Assembly: GCA_041687335.1 (NCBI GenBank)
Contig: JAWLCE010000006.1
Span: 6,620-70,619 of the forward strand
Source of the DNA: Sumerlaeia bacterium
GTDB lineage: Bacteria > Sumerlaeota > Sumerlaeia > MVZB01
Length of the DNA stretch: 64,000 nt
Direction of reading: 5' to 3'
In this document: piece after piece, positions 1-9,746 of the stretch
Layout of the letters: every line of letters begins with the position of its first letter
Numbering within the stretch: the first letter of the stretch is position 1
Notes under the pieces: model-generated
Told to the model about the DNA's origin: nothing
The model's input: only the letters and a program-made list of their open reading frames with translations
Database searches by the model: none
Position numbers and translations under genes: made by a program

Positions 1-24
1 CAAAATGAAAGGAATCCCGCGATC

Positions 25-717
25 ATGAAGGTTTACATGCATGTCACGTTATTTTCGGCGCTTGCCCTGCTCGCCGGCTGCGGCGGCGGCGAGCCCGAGG
101 TCGAGATCAGCGCCCCGCGCGAGGTCGCGAAGCCGGAGGTCGAGGCGGACCCGGCGCTGAGCACGGCCGAGCGCTTCGGGATGCGACCGGCCGGCGAGAT
201 GCCGTCGCCCCACGGCGCGATGCCGCCGGCGATGCAGGGCCAGTCCGCCGCGGCCGAGGAACTCTTTCATTTTGCCACGCCCGAGGGTTGGACGCAGGTG
301 GCCCCCAGGCAATTCCGCAACCCCAACTTCATCATTGCGGACAATCCCGACGCACAGGTCTACGTGACGGTGCTTGCCGGCACCGGAGGCGGGATCGAGG
401 CCAACCTGAACCGCTGGCGCGAGCAGATGGGTCAGCCGCCGCTTTCGGCCGAGGAATTCGCCGCGCTGGACACGATCTCGTTTATGGGCCGACCGTCGCC
501 GCTGCTCGACCTCAGCGGCACCTTCAACGGCGGCATGATGATGGGCGGGGGCGGCGAGCCGCGCCCCAATTGGCGCCTGCTGGGCACGGCGGCGCTGATC
601 GGGGACCAAGCGATCTTCATCAAGATGACCGGCCCCGACGAAGTGATCGGCAACCAGCACGAGGCCCTTCGCCAGTTCAGCGCCTCGCTTCACCCGGCCG
701 CCGGCCACAGCCACTGA
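25..717 (+). CDS. Lipoprotein of unknown function, directly upstream of the cytochrome c synthase gene
   Basis: Lipobox LLAGC after a hydrophobic N-terminus; RBS AAAGGA upstream; Met/His-rich patches (PHGAMPPAM, GGMMMGG, C-terminal HPAAGHSH). Confidence 0.8.
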   Translation: MKVYMHVTLFSALALLAGCGGGEPEVEISAPREVAKPEVEADPALSTAERFGMRPAGEMPSPHGAMPPAMQGQSAAAEELFHFATPEGWTQVAPRQFRNPNFIIADNPDAQVYVTVLAGTGGGIEANLNRWREQMGQPPLSAEEFAALDTISFMGRPSPLLDLSGTFNGGMMMGGGGEPRPNWRLLGTAALIGDQAIFIKMTGPDEVIGNQHEALRQFSASLHPAAGHSH

Positions 718-778
718 GCGCGGGCGGTAGGGTTTCCTGCAACCAACCATATATGTTGATGCCGAGGGGGAATGATTC

Positions 779-3700
779 GTGAGCTTCATCCGTCGCGCGA
801 TCGCGCTGCTCTCATCCTACGGCCTGGCTTGCCTGCTGCTCTCCGGGCTGTTTGTCCTGACGCTGTTGGGCACGCTCGAGCAGGGGACGATTGGCCTGCA
901 CGCCGCGCAGGAAAAATACTTCAGCTCACTAGTGGTCTGGGTCAAGCTGCCCGGGGGGCTGGCGCTGCCGGTCTTCCCCGGCGGCTACACCCTGATGACG
1001 CTGCTGAGCGTGAACATCCTGCTGGGCGGGATCCTGCGGCTGCGACGGACCCCCTCCAAGATCGGCCTGTTCATCGTCCACATCGGCATGCTGCTGTTCC
1101 TGGTCGGCGGGATGATCACCTACCATTTTGCTGACGAGGGGATGATGGCGCTGGAGCCGGGGCAGACCTCCAGCCGCTTCCAGAGCGCGGCGGAATGGGA
1201 ACTGGCGATTATCGATACCAGCCGGCCCGACGCCAACATTGAATACATCATCCCGGAGCGGGCGTTTGCCGATGTGGGGGCGGTCGGCCGGCGTTTCCGG
1301 CAGGCCGCGATCCCGTTCGAGCTGGAGCTGGCCTCGTTCATGCCCAACGCGCTGCCGCGCTCGGCCGGCGGGGAAATCATGCTGCAGCCCTTGGCGACCG
1401 ACCGGGAGCGGTCGCGCAACCTGGCCGGCGCGCAGGCGCGCGTGCGCACGTCCGACGGCCGGGAGCTGACCGCGCCGCTTTGGGCGGGCGCGCTCAAGCC
1501 GTGGGCCTTCGAGGCCGACGGCGGAAGCTGGGCGATCGAGCTGCGCCGCCGCCAATATGACCTTCCCTTCTCCATCACGCTGGAGCGCTTCATCCACGAA
1601 TTCCACCCGGGCACGCAGATGGCGCGCACCTATGAGAGCGACGTCATCAAGACCGAGGCCGGCCGGCAGGAAGCGATCAACATCCGCATGAACGAGCCGC
1701 TGCGCCACCGCGGCTACACCTTCTTTCAATCGTCCTACTATCCGATCCCAGACAGCGACCAATTCGGTTCGGTGCTGGCCGTGGTGCGCAATCCCGCCGA
1801 TGCGATGCCCTTGTGGGCGACGATCGTGGTGACGCTGGGGCTGCTGCTGCATTTCGGGCTCAAGCTGGCGCGCCATCTGAAGCGCGAGCGCGGACAGGGA
1901 GAAGCCGCCAAATCGTCCTCGGCCAAGCTATCCCGGGTGCATGCTTTGCTTTTGGGCCTGCTTTTGGGCGCGATCGAGGCCACGCCGGCCAACGCATTCC
2001 CCGGGATGGGCGACCCGGCAACGGCCCCCGCGGCGATGCAGCCACCCGCCAGCTCGCCGGCTGTGCGCCGGGCGATCCTGACCCCGGAGAACATCGAGCT
2101 GCTCGGCTCGCTGGCGATCCAGGACCAGGGGCGCATCAAGCCGCTCTCGACCTTCGCGCGCTTCAAGCTGGTCCAGCTCAGCGGGCGCGCGAGCCTGCGC
2201 AACGCCGAGGGCGAACGGGTGCCGGCGCTGCACTGGCTGGCGCAGCTGGTGCTGTTTCCCGAAAGCATGCTCGACGACAAGCTGTTCCTGATCGAGAATC
2301 CGCGCCTGATGCAGGCGCTGGGGCTGTCCGACGCCGAGCCGCGCGCGCGGTTCAGTTACCTGGAGCTGGTGATGGTCGAGCGCAAACTGGGCGAGCTGGC
2401 GCGGGCGGCCTTTCAGGTGGAGTCGGCCCAGCGCGACCTGACCCAGCGCCAGATTCTCAACCTTTATGAGAACTTCGTCGAATTCGAGCGGCTGGCGACG
2501 GCGCTGGGTTCTGCCCGCGTGCGCGTCTATCCGCAGCCGGGCACTCCCTTGGGCGAGATGTTCAAGGTCGGCGAGGACACCGCGCCGGAAGGCGTGCCGT
2601 TTGCCGATTTCCTCAGCCGGATGCCCGAGGTGCTGGCGCTCGCGCTGGCGCACGATCGGGCGACGACCATCAGCGCGGCTGATGACGCGACGACGGGCAC
2701 GCGCCAGGTGCTCCAGATTATCTCGGAGCTGCAGCAGGTCGGCACGCGCAGCGACCGGCTGACGATCCTGCCCCCCTCCGACCCGGCCCGCGAGGACTGG
2801 CTGGCGCCGGGCCTGCTGGTGGACCACGCCATCGGCAAGCGCGCCATCCCGGCCGCCGAGCTGGCGCTGACGGGGCGGCTGGACCGGCTCGTCCAGCGGC
2901 TCGAGCAGCCTGAGGCGTTCACGGCCGAACTGGCCGCGCTGCGCGACGAGCAGCACGCGGCGGCCCGCGCCCGCGGCGAGGGACGGAAGCTGGCCGCCGA
3001 ACGGTTCTTTTACCGGGCCGATTTCTTTGGTCGCGCCCAACTGCTGTTCATCTTTGGTTTTCTGCTGATCGCCGTGAGCTGGCTGGCGCCGCGCCGCCGG
3101 CTGGCCTGGCGCGGCGGGGTCGGGCTGACGGTGCTGGCGACGGTGCTGCTGGTGACGGGAATCGCCGTGCGCAGTTGGCTGCGCGGCCGCCCGCCGATCA
3201 CCAACCTCTATGAGACGACGCTCTTCGTGCCCGCGACGGCGATCGTGCTGGGGCTGGCGCTGGAATGGATCAACCGCCGCCGCGTCGCCGCCAGCCTGGC
3301 CGCGCTGCTTGGGGTGATCGGCCTGTTCATGGCCAACCAGTATGAGCTGAAGGATGGCGCCGACACGATGGGGAGCCTGGTGGCGGTGCTCAATTCAAAC
3401 TTCTGGCTGGCCACGCACGTGACGACGATCACGATCGGTTATTCCTCGGGCCTGTTGGCGGCGGCCTTGGCACATATCTACATCACCGCCGGGCTGCTGC
3501 ATCGCGGCGGGCCGGAGTTCCAGCGCTCGCTGGGGCGGATGATCTACGGCATCATTTGCTTCACGCTGATTTTCAGCCTGGTGGGCACGGTGCTGGGCGG
3601 GATCTGGGCCAACTATAGCTGGGGGCGCTTCTGGGGCTGGGATCCCAAGGAAAACGGGGCGCTGATGCTGGTCCTGTGGTGCCTGGTGCTTCTGCACGGC

Positions 3701-3934
3701 CGGATGGGCGGCTATCTGCGCGAGCTGGGGCTGGCGGTGGGTTCGGTGGCGATGGGCATGGTGGTGGCCTTCTCGTGGTGGGGGGTCAACCTGCTGGGGG
3801 TCGGACTGCACAGCTACGGCTTCACGAGCGGCGTGATGGGCTGGTTGGTGCTGTTCTGGGCCTCGCAGACCGCTGTGATGCTGCTGGGCGGCGCGCTGTG
3901 GTTCAACCAGCGCCCCTCGCGGTTGGTCAAGTGA
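779..3934 (+). CDS. ccsBA: Fused ResB/CcsB-CcsA system II cytochrome c biogenesis protein (GTG start)
   Basis: N-terminal ResB-like part (GTLEQ, VHIG TM His, NEPLRHRGYTFFQSSY). C-terminal CcsA part with WLATHV, WWD domain WANYSWGRFWGWDPKEN and GLHSYG. Confidence 0.92.
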   Translation: MSFIRRAIALLSSYGLACLLLSGLFVLTLLGTLEQGTIGLHAAQEKYFSSLVVWVKLPGGLALPVFPGGYTLMTLLSVNILLGGILRLRRTPSKIGLFIVHIGMLLFLVGGMITYHFADEGMMALEPGQTSSRFQSAAEWELAIIDTSRPDANIEYIIPERAFADVGAVGRRFRQAAIPFELELASFMPNALPRSAGGEIMLQPLATDRERSRNLAGAQARVRTSDGRELTAPLWAGALKPWAFEADGGSWAIELRRRQYDLPFSITLERFIHEFHPGTQMARTYESDVIKTEAGRQEAINIRMNEPLRHRGYTFFQSSYYPIPDSDQFGSVLAVVRNPADAMPLWATIVVTLGLLLHFGLKLARHLKRERGQGEAAKSSSAKLSRVHALLLGLLLGAIEATPANAFPGMGDPATAPAAMQPPASSPAVRRAILTPENIELLGSLAIQDQGRIKPLSTFARFKLVQLSGRASLRNAEGERVPALHWLAQLVLFPESMLDDKLFLIENPRLMQALGLSDAEPRARFSYLELVMVERKLGELARAAFQVESAQRDLTQRQILNLYENFVEFERLATALGSARVRVYPQPGTPLGEMFKVGEDTAPEGVPFADFLSRMPEVLALALAHDRATTISAADDATTGTRQVLQIISELQQVGTRSDRLTILPPSDPAREDWLAPGLLVDHAIGKRAIPAAELALTGRLDRLVQRLEQPEAFTAELAALRDEQHAAARARGEGRKLAAERFFYRADFFGRAQLLFIFGFLLIAVSWLAPRRRLAWRGGVGLTVLATVLLVTGIAVRSWLRGRPPITNLYETTLFVPATAIVLGLALEWINRRRVAASLAALLGVIGLFMANQYELKDGADTMGSLVAVLNSNFWLATHVTTITIGYSSGLLAAALAHIYITAGLLHRGGPEFQRSLGRMIYGIICFTLIFSLVGTVLGGIWANYSWGRFWGWDPKENGALMLVLWCLVLLHGRMGGYLRELGLAVGSVAMGMVVAFSWWGVNLLGVGLHSYGFTSGVMGWLVLFWASQTAVMLLGGALWFNQRPSRLVK

Positions 3935-3952
3935 GGGGGATCGGGCGCACCA

Positions 3953-4369
3953 CCCGCAAGCTCCGTCAGGATCGGCATGTGCCGTCGTGGGTCCCTCAAC
4001 CGGGCCCGGGCTGGGGATATGTGTTTACGCCGGGAAAATGCTGCACATGCCGCTCCTAACGGAGCTTGCGGGGTGAAAAAAATACGCCATTTCTACAAAC
4101 ATGTCGCTCCTAACGGAGCTATTTGGTCCCTAACGGGACGTGACTCCTCACGGTGCGTGGCTCCTGGCGGTTGCTTCTGATCTGACTCCTGCGGCTCCGT
4201 AGGAGCCATTTAGCTCCGTAGGAGCCATTTAGCTCCGTAGGAGCCATTTAGCTCCGTTAGGAGCCATTTAGCTCCGTTAGGAGCGACCTGTTTGTAGCAA
4301 GGCCGCTCCCTGTCCCCAAGCTCCGTCAGGAGCGGCATGTGCCGCCGTGGGTCCATCAACCGGCCCGGG
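3953..4369. repeat. REP-like palindrome cluster with an internal 19-20 bp tandem array
   Basis: Inverted pairs 3953-3981/4044-4071 and 4093-4120/4270-4297 (ctacaaacatgtcgctcctaacggagct / agctccgttaggagcgacctgtttgtag). Tandem gctccgt(t)aggagccattta x~5 at 4194-4284. A ~50-bp direct repeat at ~3957 and ~4317. Confidence 0.85.
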
Positions 4370-4540
4370 CAACCCGGGGGCCTCGCCTCGCGGGCGGTTC
4401 CAACTTTTTTTTCAATAAATATTTCTAAAGTCCGGCCGGGGCGCCGCCGATAGGTTCCATACGGGGGAGTCTAACCCCTCGACCACCGCACACTCCGACG
4501 GCGCAGGATGCAAGGCCGCCAGGGCAAAGGAAGGGACCTG

Positions 4541-4786
4541 ATGATCCCGACCATACCCTCCGCGCCGACTGCCGCGCGCCCGCCGGCGCGCGATGTGTCT
4601 CAGCGCTCCGCCAGCCATGACCCCACCGAACCCAAGCTGGAACCGGTCCAGCGCGTTGCGTCGGCGACCGAGCCGCGCGATCGATCAAGGGAATACAGCA
4701 CGATGCGCGAGCCCCCGCCCGAGCCGCCGGTCATCGTGCGGTCGTCGTCCGCGCGCGTCGGCACACTGCTTGACGTGGTGGCCTGA
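4541..4786 (+). CDS. Small hypothetical protein with a YjfB-like C-terminal motif (VGTLLDVVA)
   Basis: ATG 4541 preceded by AAGGAAGGGA; Pro-rich body; followed by a hairpin at ~4809-4835. Confidence 0.55.
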   Translation: MIPTIPSAPTAARPPARDVSQRSASHDPTEPKLEPVQRVASATEPRDRSREYSTMREPPPEPPVIVRSSSARVGTLLDVVA

Positions 4787-4869
4787 ACAAAAACAGCCGC
4801 ATTGCAACACCGCCGCCCTGATCAATGGCGGCGGTTCGTATTTCCTGCCGGTTGGATGCGGCTGCGGGT

Positions 4870-5442
4870 TCAGCGCGACATCGGCGGGGGGAAGGGGATC
4901 AACTGGTCGGGCGGGATCAGGTTGGGCTCGTTGGAATAATCGTCGGGGCCGACCAGCGCGCCCTCCTCGAGCTCGAACTCGCCGCGGCCGGCGAAGGTAA
5001 CGGCAATCAATTCATAGAGCGCGCCGGGGGTCCGTTGCTTGATGGACTGGATCGCCGTCTCAAACAGCTCCTGACTGATAAAGGCGACCTCGTAGCGGCG
5101 GCGACTGGGGTAGCGGAACAGGCGGCCGCTGGCGGCATCGGTAGCGGTGAACAGGCCCTGTTCGTTGCGGCCGACCCAGATCTCCTGGACGGCCGAGGCC
5201 CCCCAACCATCGGGTGTCAGCCGCACATAGCCGACTTTCTTCAGCACCACGCGTTTGTTGGCGGCGTCGCGCTCGGTGCGCGCGGCAATCAGCACGCCCA
5301 CGCCGTCGCCGAACTCGACCAGCGTCAACGAAGGGTCAGGAAAGGTGCGTTGGGCGGCGGCGCCGGCCGCGCTGTTCTCTTCGGCCGGATTCAGGTTCGG
5401 AGACTGGTTCATGGATGCCATCTTGCTGGATTGGCGGCGCAT
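4870..5442 (-). CDS. Hypothetical protein
   Basis: 190-aa ORF with normal globular composition, downstream of exeB on the same strand; start uncertain. Confidence 0.65.
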   Translation of the reverse strand: MRRQSSKMASMNQSPNLNPAEENSAAGAAAQRTFPDPSLTLVEFGDGVGVLIAARTERDAANKRVVLKKVGYVRLTPDGWGASAVQEIWVGRNEQGLFTATDAASGRLFRYPSRRRYEVAFISQELFETAIQSIKQRTPGALYELIAVTFAGRGEFELEEGALVGPDDYSNEPNLIPPDQLIPFPPPMSR

Positions 5443-5519
5443 GACAAACCGCGCCTGCTTGAACCAGCATCATATGTCATCAGGTCGCCGGCTGTCTCGC
5501 ATTTTTAGCCGCCGGCGCG

Positions 5520-6458
5520 TCACATGCTCAGCGTCTGGCGGCGGCCGTTGCGCTCCACGATCAGGTGCTTGGGGTGGATTTCAATGACGCGGCCCAGGGG
5601 GGTGTCGTCGCCGGGCTCGACGATCTGCTCGCCAATCAGGGCCAGCGGACGATCCTTGGACCAGAAAATCCCCTCGAGCCGCTTCTCGGCCGGGGCCGGC
5701 GGCGGCGGGGTAGGGGCATCGCCACGGACGGAGGCGCGGCGGGCGCTGGAGGCCGAATCCTCGCGCGGCTCGAGCGACTCGCTCCACTCGGCCTCGTAGA
5801 GCACCTCGGGCAAATCGCCGCGGCCGGTGGCTGCCAGCGTCTGGACCGGCGGCAGCGGGGCTGCCAGCTCCAACTCGGGATGGTAGACCGGCGGCGGCGG
5901 GGCCTGCGGCATCGGCGCGGGAGGCACAAGGGAGAGGTCGCCGACCATCATGATCGGCATGATCGCCTGCTCGGGCTGGTCAGGGGTAATCAATAGAGGA
6001 TCCTCGGCCGGGCCAGCGGGTAATTGCGCGGGCTCCGCGGCGAGCACGGTGGCCGGCTCGGGCAGCGGCACGGCGGAGGCCGGTTGGACGGGATCGGGAA
6101 GCGCGGCCGGCGGCTGGACGGAAACCGGCGCCTCGAGATGGACCGGCGCGGGCGCGGGGGCCGAAAGCGCGGCGACCTCACCCATCCGGGCCGGGCGCAG
6201 TCCGATCCCGGTGCCGACGGCCAGAGCCAGCCCGAAGAGCAGGCCCAGGCTGACCAGCGCCTGGCGATTGCGGCGCAGCAGTCCCGGCGGCACGGGCAGG
6301 GTATCGCCCAGTGGGTCGCTGGCGACCGAGCTCTGAAGTTTCTTGCCGGCCCGAATATAATCGGGATGGCGGTCATGGCGCGCGGGGACAAGCCGGATGC
6401 CCCCCACCGCCCCCTCGGGGTGGTGCTTGCGCATCGCTTCGATGATGCTGTGGTTCAT
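5520..6458 (-). CDS. ExeB/GspB-like type II secretion accessory protein
   Basis: N-terminal SIIEAMRK, one TM segment, Pro/Ala linker and C-terminal LEGIFWSKDRPLALIGEQIVEPGD...VIEIHPKHLIV domain; abuts exeA. Confidence 0.75.
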   Translation of the reverse strand: MNHSIIEAMRKHHPEGAVGGIRLVPARHDRHPDYIRAGKKLQSSVASDPLGDTLPVPPGLLRRNRQALVSLGLLFGLALAVGTGIGLRPARMGEVAALSAPAPAPVHLEAPVSVQPPAALPDPVQPASAVPLPEPATVLAAEPAQLPAGPAEDPLLITPDQPEQAIMPIMMVGDLSLVPPAPMPQAPPPPVYHPELELAAPLPPVQTLAATGRGDLPEVLYEAEWSESLEPREDSASSARRASVRGDAPTPPPPAPAEKRLEGIFWSKDRPLALIGEQIVEPGDDTPLGRVIEIHPKHLIVERNGRRQTLSM

Positions 6459-8249
6459 TTAGTCCAGTGTCGGCCCTCGCAGGTTGAGCCGGGTGGATAT
6501 CCAGGCCGCCGTGGGCGGATCGACCTGGCCGCTCGGCTCGAGCCCTACGCTGCGCTGCAGGCGCACCAGTGCCTCGCGCGTCATGGCGCCGAAGATGCCG
6601 TCGAGCTGGCCGGTATATTGGCCGTCGCTCGCCAGCACCTGCTGGAGTGTCTGGACCGGCTCGCCGTTGGCCCCGATGGCCAGCCCCGTCAAGCCGTGTT
6701 GATCCTGATAGACCACGATGGCCTCGCCGACCAGCGGCTCCAGTTGCGTGCGCCGCACGTTGCGCTTGCCGGCGATCGGATCGATCAGCTCCAGATACTC
6801 CCCGCGCATCGACTCGATGACGCCGAAGGGACTCACTGCGCTGCCACCGGCCAGGCGCACCAGCACCGGCAGGTTCAGTCGCAGGGCTTCACTCAGCTTA
6901 TCGGTCCGATGGGTGCGGAAGTTGACCTGTGCAATCGTGGCGGGCATGTCGATCTGGGCGACCTCGGCGGGGGCGGCCTCGCGCCAGGGCGCCAGGTCCA
7001 CCGGCACGCCCCACAGCTCGAGCAGCGTCAGGTAGGCGGCGGCCTCGGCAAGCTCGGCCTGGTTAACGCGCAGCACGCCATTGGGGTCGTGCTGCCAGTT
7101 GGCATAGGTCGCCGGGGTGGGGGTCGGCGCGGGCGTCGGGGTCGCCGGAGTCGGGGCAGGCGTGGGCGCGGCGGTCGGCTCGGGCGTGGCGGCTGGTGTG
7201 GCGGCGGGCGTGGGCGTGGGGGCAGGGGTCGACAAGGCCGCCACCTGGGCCGCGCTGACCTGCGGCGGGGCATCGGGCTGGCGGCCACGCTCGTAATAAT
7301 CAAGCGCCCACAGCCCCAGCGCGACACCGGCGGCGACGGTCGCCACGCCGACGGCGGACTTGCCCAGCCGCACCAGCCAGCGGGGCACGCCCTCACGCGC
7401 AATCTCGGCAGCCGCCGCCGAACTGGCCTCGAAGCCGGGGGTCTGGCCGCGGATCTCGGCGATGGCCTGCTCGACCAGCTTGTCGCCGATGGTAAAGGTC
7501 CCCTGCACGTAGCCGATGAGCAGGCAGCGGTCGCAGATGACATTGATGCGGCGCGGGACGCCGCGCGAGTAGTGCGAGATCAGCTTGGCCGCCTGGTCGG
7601 TGAACTGCACCTGGACCTGCGGCTCGGCCACCGCCAGCCGGTGACGGATGTATTCGACAATCTCGGCGGTCTCGAGGGTGGTGATGTGATAGCGCACCGA
7701 GACGCGCTGGTTGAGCTGCTCCAGCTCGGGGAGGGCCAGCGTGCGGCGCAGCTCGGGCTGGCCGACCATCACGATCTGGATCAGCTTGGCCGTCTCGGTC
7801 TCCAGGTTGCTGATCATGCGGATCTGCTCGAGGGTCTCGGGGCGCAGGTTCTGCGCCTCGTCCACGATCAGGACGACGTTGTGGCCCTGCGAGAACTCGG
7901 CGATGAGAAAATTGTTGAGCGTGTCGAGGAGCGTCTTCTTGCTGTCGCTCTCGGCGGCGAGGCCATAGCCCTCGTTGATCGTCTTGAGCAGTTCCAGGTC
8001 GTTGAGGTAGGAGTTGAGCACCACGCAGACGCGCACCTGCTCGGGGTCGAGTTGGTTGAGCAGCGCCCGGCAGAGGGTGGTCTTGCCGCAGCCGATCTCG
8101 CCGGTCAGGCAGATGAAGCCCTTGCGTTCCTGGACCCCGAAAAGCAGCGCCGCGAGCGCCTCCTGGTGACGGTGGCTCAAAAAGAGGAACTTGGAATCGG
8201 GGGTCAGATTGAAGGGGGCTTCCTTGAAGCCGTAGAACTGAAGATACAT
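6459..8249 (-). CDS. exeA: ExeA/GspA family AAA ATPase with C-terminal peptidoglycan-binding domain
   Basis: MYLQFYGFKEAPFNLTPD start, Walker A GEIGCGKTT, DEAQNL, GQPEL, GVPRRINVICD; C-terminal DGIFGAMTREALVRLQRSVGLEPSGQVD. Confidence 0.9.
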   Translation of the reverse strand: MYLQFYGFKEAPFNLTPDSKFLFLSHRHQEALAALLFGVQERKGFICLTGEIGCGKTTLCRALLNQLDPEQVRVCVVLNSYLNDLELLKTINEGYGLAAESDSKKTLLDTLNNFLIAEFSQGHNVVLIVDEAQNLRPETLEQIRMISNLETETAKLIQIVMVGQPELRRTLALPELEQLNQRVSVRYHITTLETAEIVEYIRHRLAVAEPQVQVQFTDQAAKLISHYSRGVPRRINVICDRCLLIGYVQGTFTIGDKLVEQAIAEIRGQTPGFEASSAAAAEIAREGVPRWLVRLGKSAVGVATVAAGVALGLWALDYYERGRQPDAPPQVSAAQVAALSTPAPTPTPAATPAATPEPTAAPTPAPTPATPTPAPTPTPATYANWQHDPNGVLRVNQAELAEAAAYLTLLELWGVPVDLAPWREAAPAEVAQIDMPATIAQVNFRTHRTDKLSEALRLNLPVLVRLAGGSAVSPFGVIESMRGEYLELIDPIAGKRNVRRTQLEPLVGEAIVVYQDQHGLTGLAIGANGEPVQTLQQVLASDGQYTGQLDGIFGAMTREALVRLQRSVGLEPSGQVDPPTAAWISTRLNLRGPTLD

Positions 8250-8390
8250 GTGCGCGCAATGCCTCCCGCACGAGCGGCGGCCCGTGCCTTGGAATCAAAT
8301 TCTCTAGAATCATGCGTCCGCCGCCCGGCGCAATGCAAGCTTGAACCACCCGCAAGGGGCCGGCGCCTCGATCCTTCAAAAATTTGTGCG

Positions 8391-8552
8391 TTCACGAAAC
8401 ACACGAAATGAGGAGCACGAATCGACACGAAAAAGAAACGGCCGGCTTGAAGTGGAACATGCAAGTTGACTGGGTACGATGTCACCATCGAAGCATCAAG
8501 TGCAGCCGGGGGCTGGGGTCATTTTCGTGATCTCTTTCGTGCCTTTCGTGAA
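8391..8552. repeat. Inverted pair of cacgaa/ttcgtg-rich short repeats (same family as 60765-61150)
   Basis: ttcacgaaacacacgaaatgaggagcacgaatcgacacgaaaa at 8391 and cattttcgtgatctctttcgtgcctttcgtgaa at ~8520. Confidence 0.6.
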
Positions 8553-8662
8553 CATCTCGATCAAGCTGAAGAATCAAGGGGGGCGGCGCGCAGCCTGACG
8601 GCCACAACCAAATCAAATTGAACCACGGGAGGGGAGACTCAGCGTCGGCTCGAAGAGCCGAG

Positions 8663-9742
8663 CTACCCTTTCCGGCTCCTTGCCATCATGGCCTGCCAGA
8701 TCGAGGCGCCGATGCCGAGCGCCGTCAGCGGCAGCACCAGCCAGAGCATGCCGGCGTCGAAGACGTGGCGGGCGGGATGGCCGGTCAGGTGCAGGATCAT
8801 GTAGAGCAGGTAGCTGAGGTAGAAGAGCAGGAACACGGCGCCCTCGGCGCGCGCGATCCGGCCGCCGGTCCAGAAGACCGGCAGGCAGACCAGCGCGACG
8901 GCGATCATCACCGGCAGATCAAAGCGCAGCGCGGCGGGCGCGACGGCCATCCCGGCCGGCGCCACCAGCGCCGCCGCCCCCAGCACCGCAAGAATATTGA
9001 AGATGTTGCTGCCGACGACATTGCCGACGGCGATATCGCGCTCGCCGCGCACGCTGGCGACGATCGAGGTGGTCAGCTCGGGCAGCGAGGTGCCGGCGGC
9101 AACGATGGTCAGGCCGATGACCAGTTCGGACCACTCCAGCAAGCGGGCGAGGGCGGTCGCCCCGGCCACCAGCGCGCTCGAGCCGCCCACCAGCAGGCCC
9201 AGGCCCAGCCCCACCAGCGCCAGATCCACCAGCATCCGGGCATGGCGGCCGGGGGCGTTGCCGAATTCTCGTTGATACTCCTCGCGCACGGTCGCGCTCT
9301 CGCGGCGGCTCGTAATCACGCCCCAGCCGGTGTAGGCGAGGATGCCGGCAAAGAGCAGGGCGCCCTCGGCCCGGCTGAGCGAGCCGTCGGCCGCCAGCCA
9401 CCACAGCAGGAGCGAGATGCCGATCATCAGCGGCACGTCGAAGCGGACGAGCTGCTGGGTCACCGCCAGCGGGATCAGCAGCGCCGACAGCCCCAAAATC
9501 ACCAGGACATTGAAGATGTTGCTGCCGACGACGTTTCCCAGCGCCAGCTCGGCCTCGCCGGCCCAGGCCGACTGCACGCTGACCGCCAGCTCCGGGGCGC
9601 TCGTGCCGAAGGCCACCACCGTCAGGCCGACCACCAGCGGCGAAATTCCGAGCCCCAACGCCAGGCGTGAGGCCCCGCGCACGAGCGCCTCAGCCCCCGC
9701 CACCAACAGCAGCAGTCCGCCGATCATCTGCAGGGCGATCAT
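8663..9742 (-). CDS. Calcium/sodium antiporter (YrbG family)
   Basis: Two alpha-repeats GLTVVAFGTSAPEL...GNVVGSNIFN and GLTIVAAGTSLPEL...GNVVGSNIFN. Confidence 0.93.
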   Translation of the reverse strand: MIALQMIGGLLLLVAGAEALVRGASRLALGLGISPLVVGLTVVAFGTSAPELAVSVQSAWAGEAELALGNVVGSNIFNVLVILGLSALLIPLAVTQQLVRFDVPLMIGISLLLWWLAADGSLSRAEGALLFAGILAYTGWGVITSRRESATVREEYQREFGNAPGRHARMLVDLALVGLGLGLLVGGSSALVAGATALARLLEWSELVIGLTIVAAGTSLPELTTSIVASVRGERDIAVGNVVGSNIFNILAVLGAAALVAPAGMAVAPAALRFDLPVMIAVALVCLPVFWTGGRIARAEGAVFLLFYLSYLLYMILHLTGHPARHVFDAGMLWLVLPLTALGIGASIWQAMMARSRKG

Positions 9743-9746
9743 GTTT

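Noticed and set aside
723-730. ops/JUMPstart element GGCGGTAG
   Set aside because: It is a single short match in GC-rich DNA, not upstream of a polysaccharide operon, and lacks the rest of the consensus.
4194-4284. CRISPR array
   Set aside because: Units are head-to-tail with an identical 6-bp linker, so there are no unique spacers; no cas genes are present.
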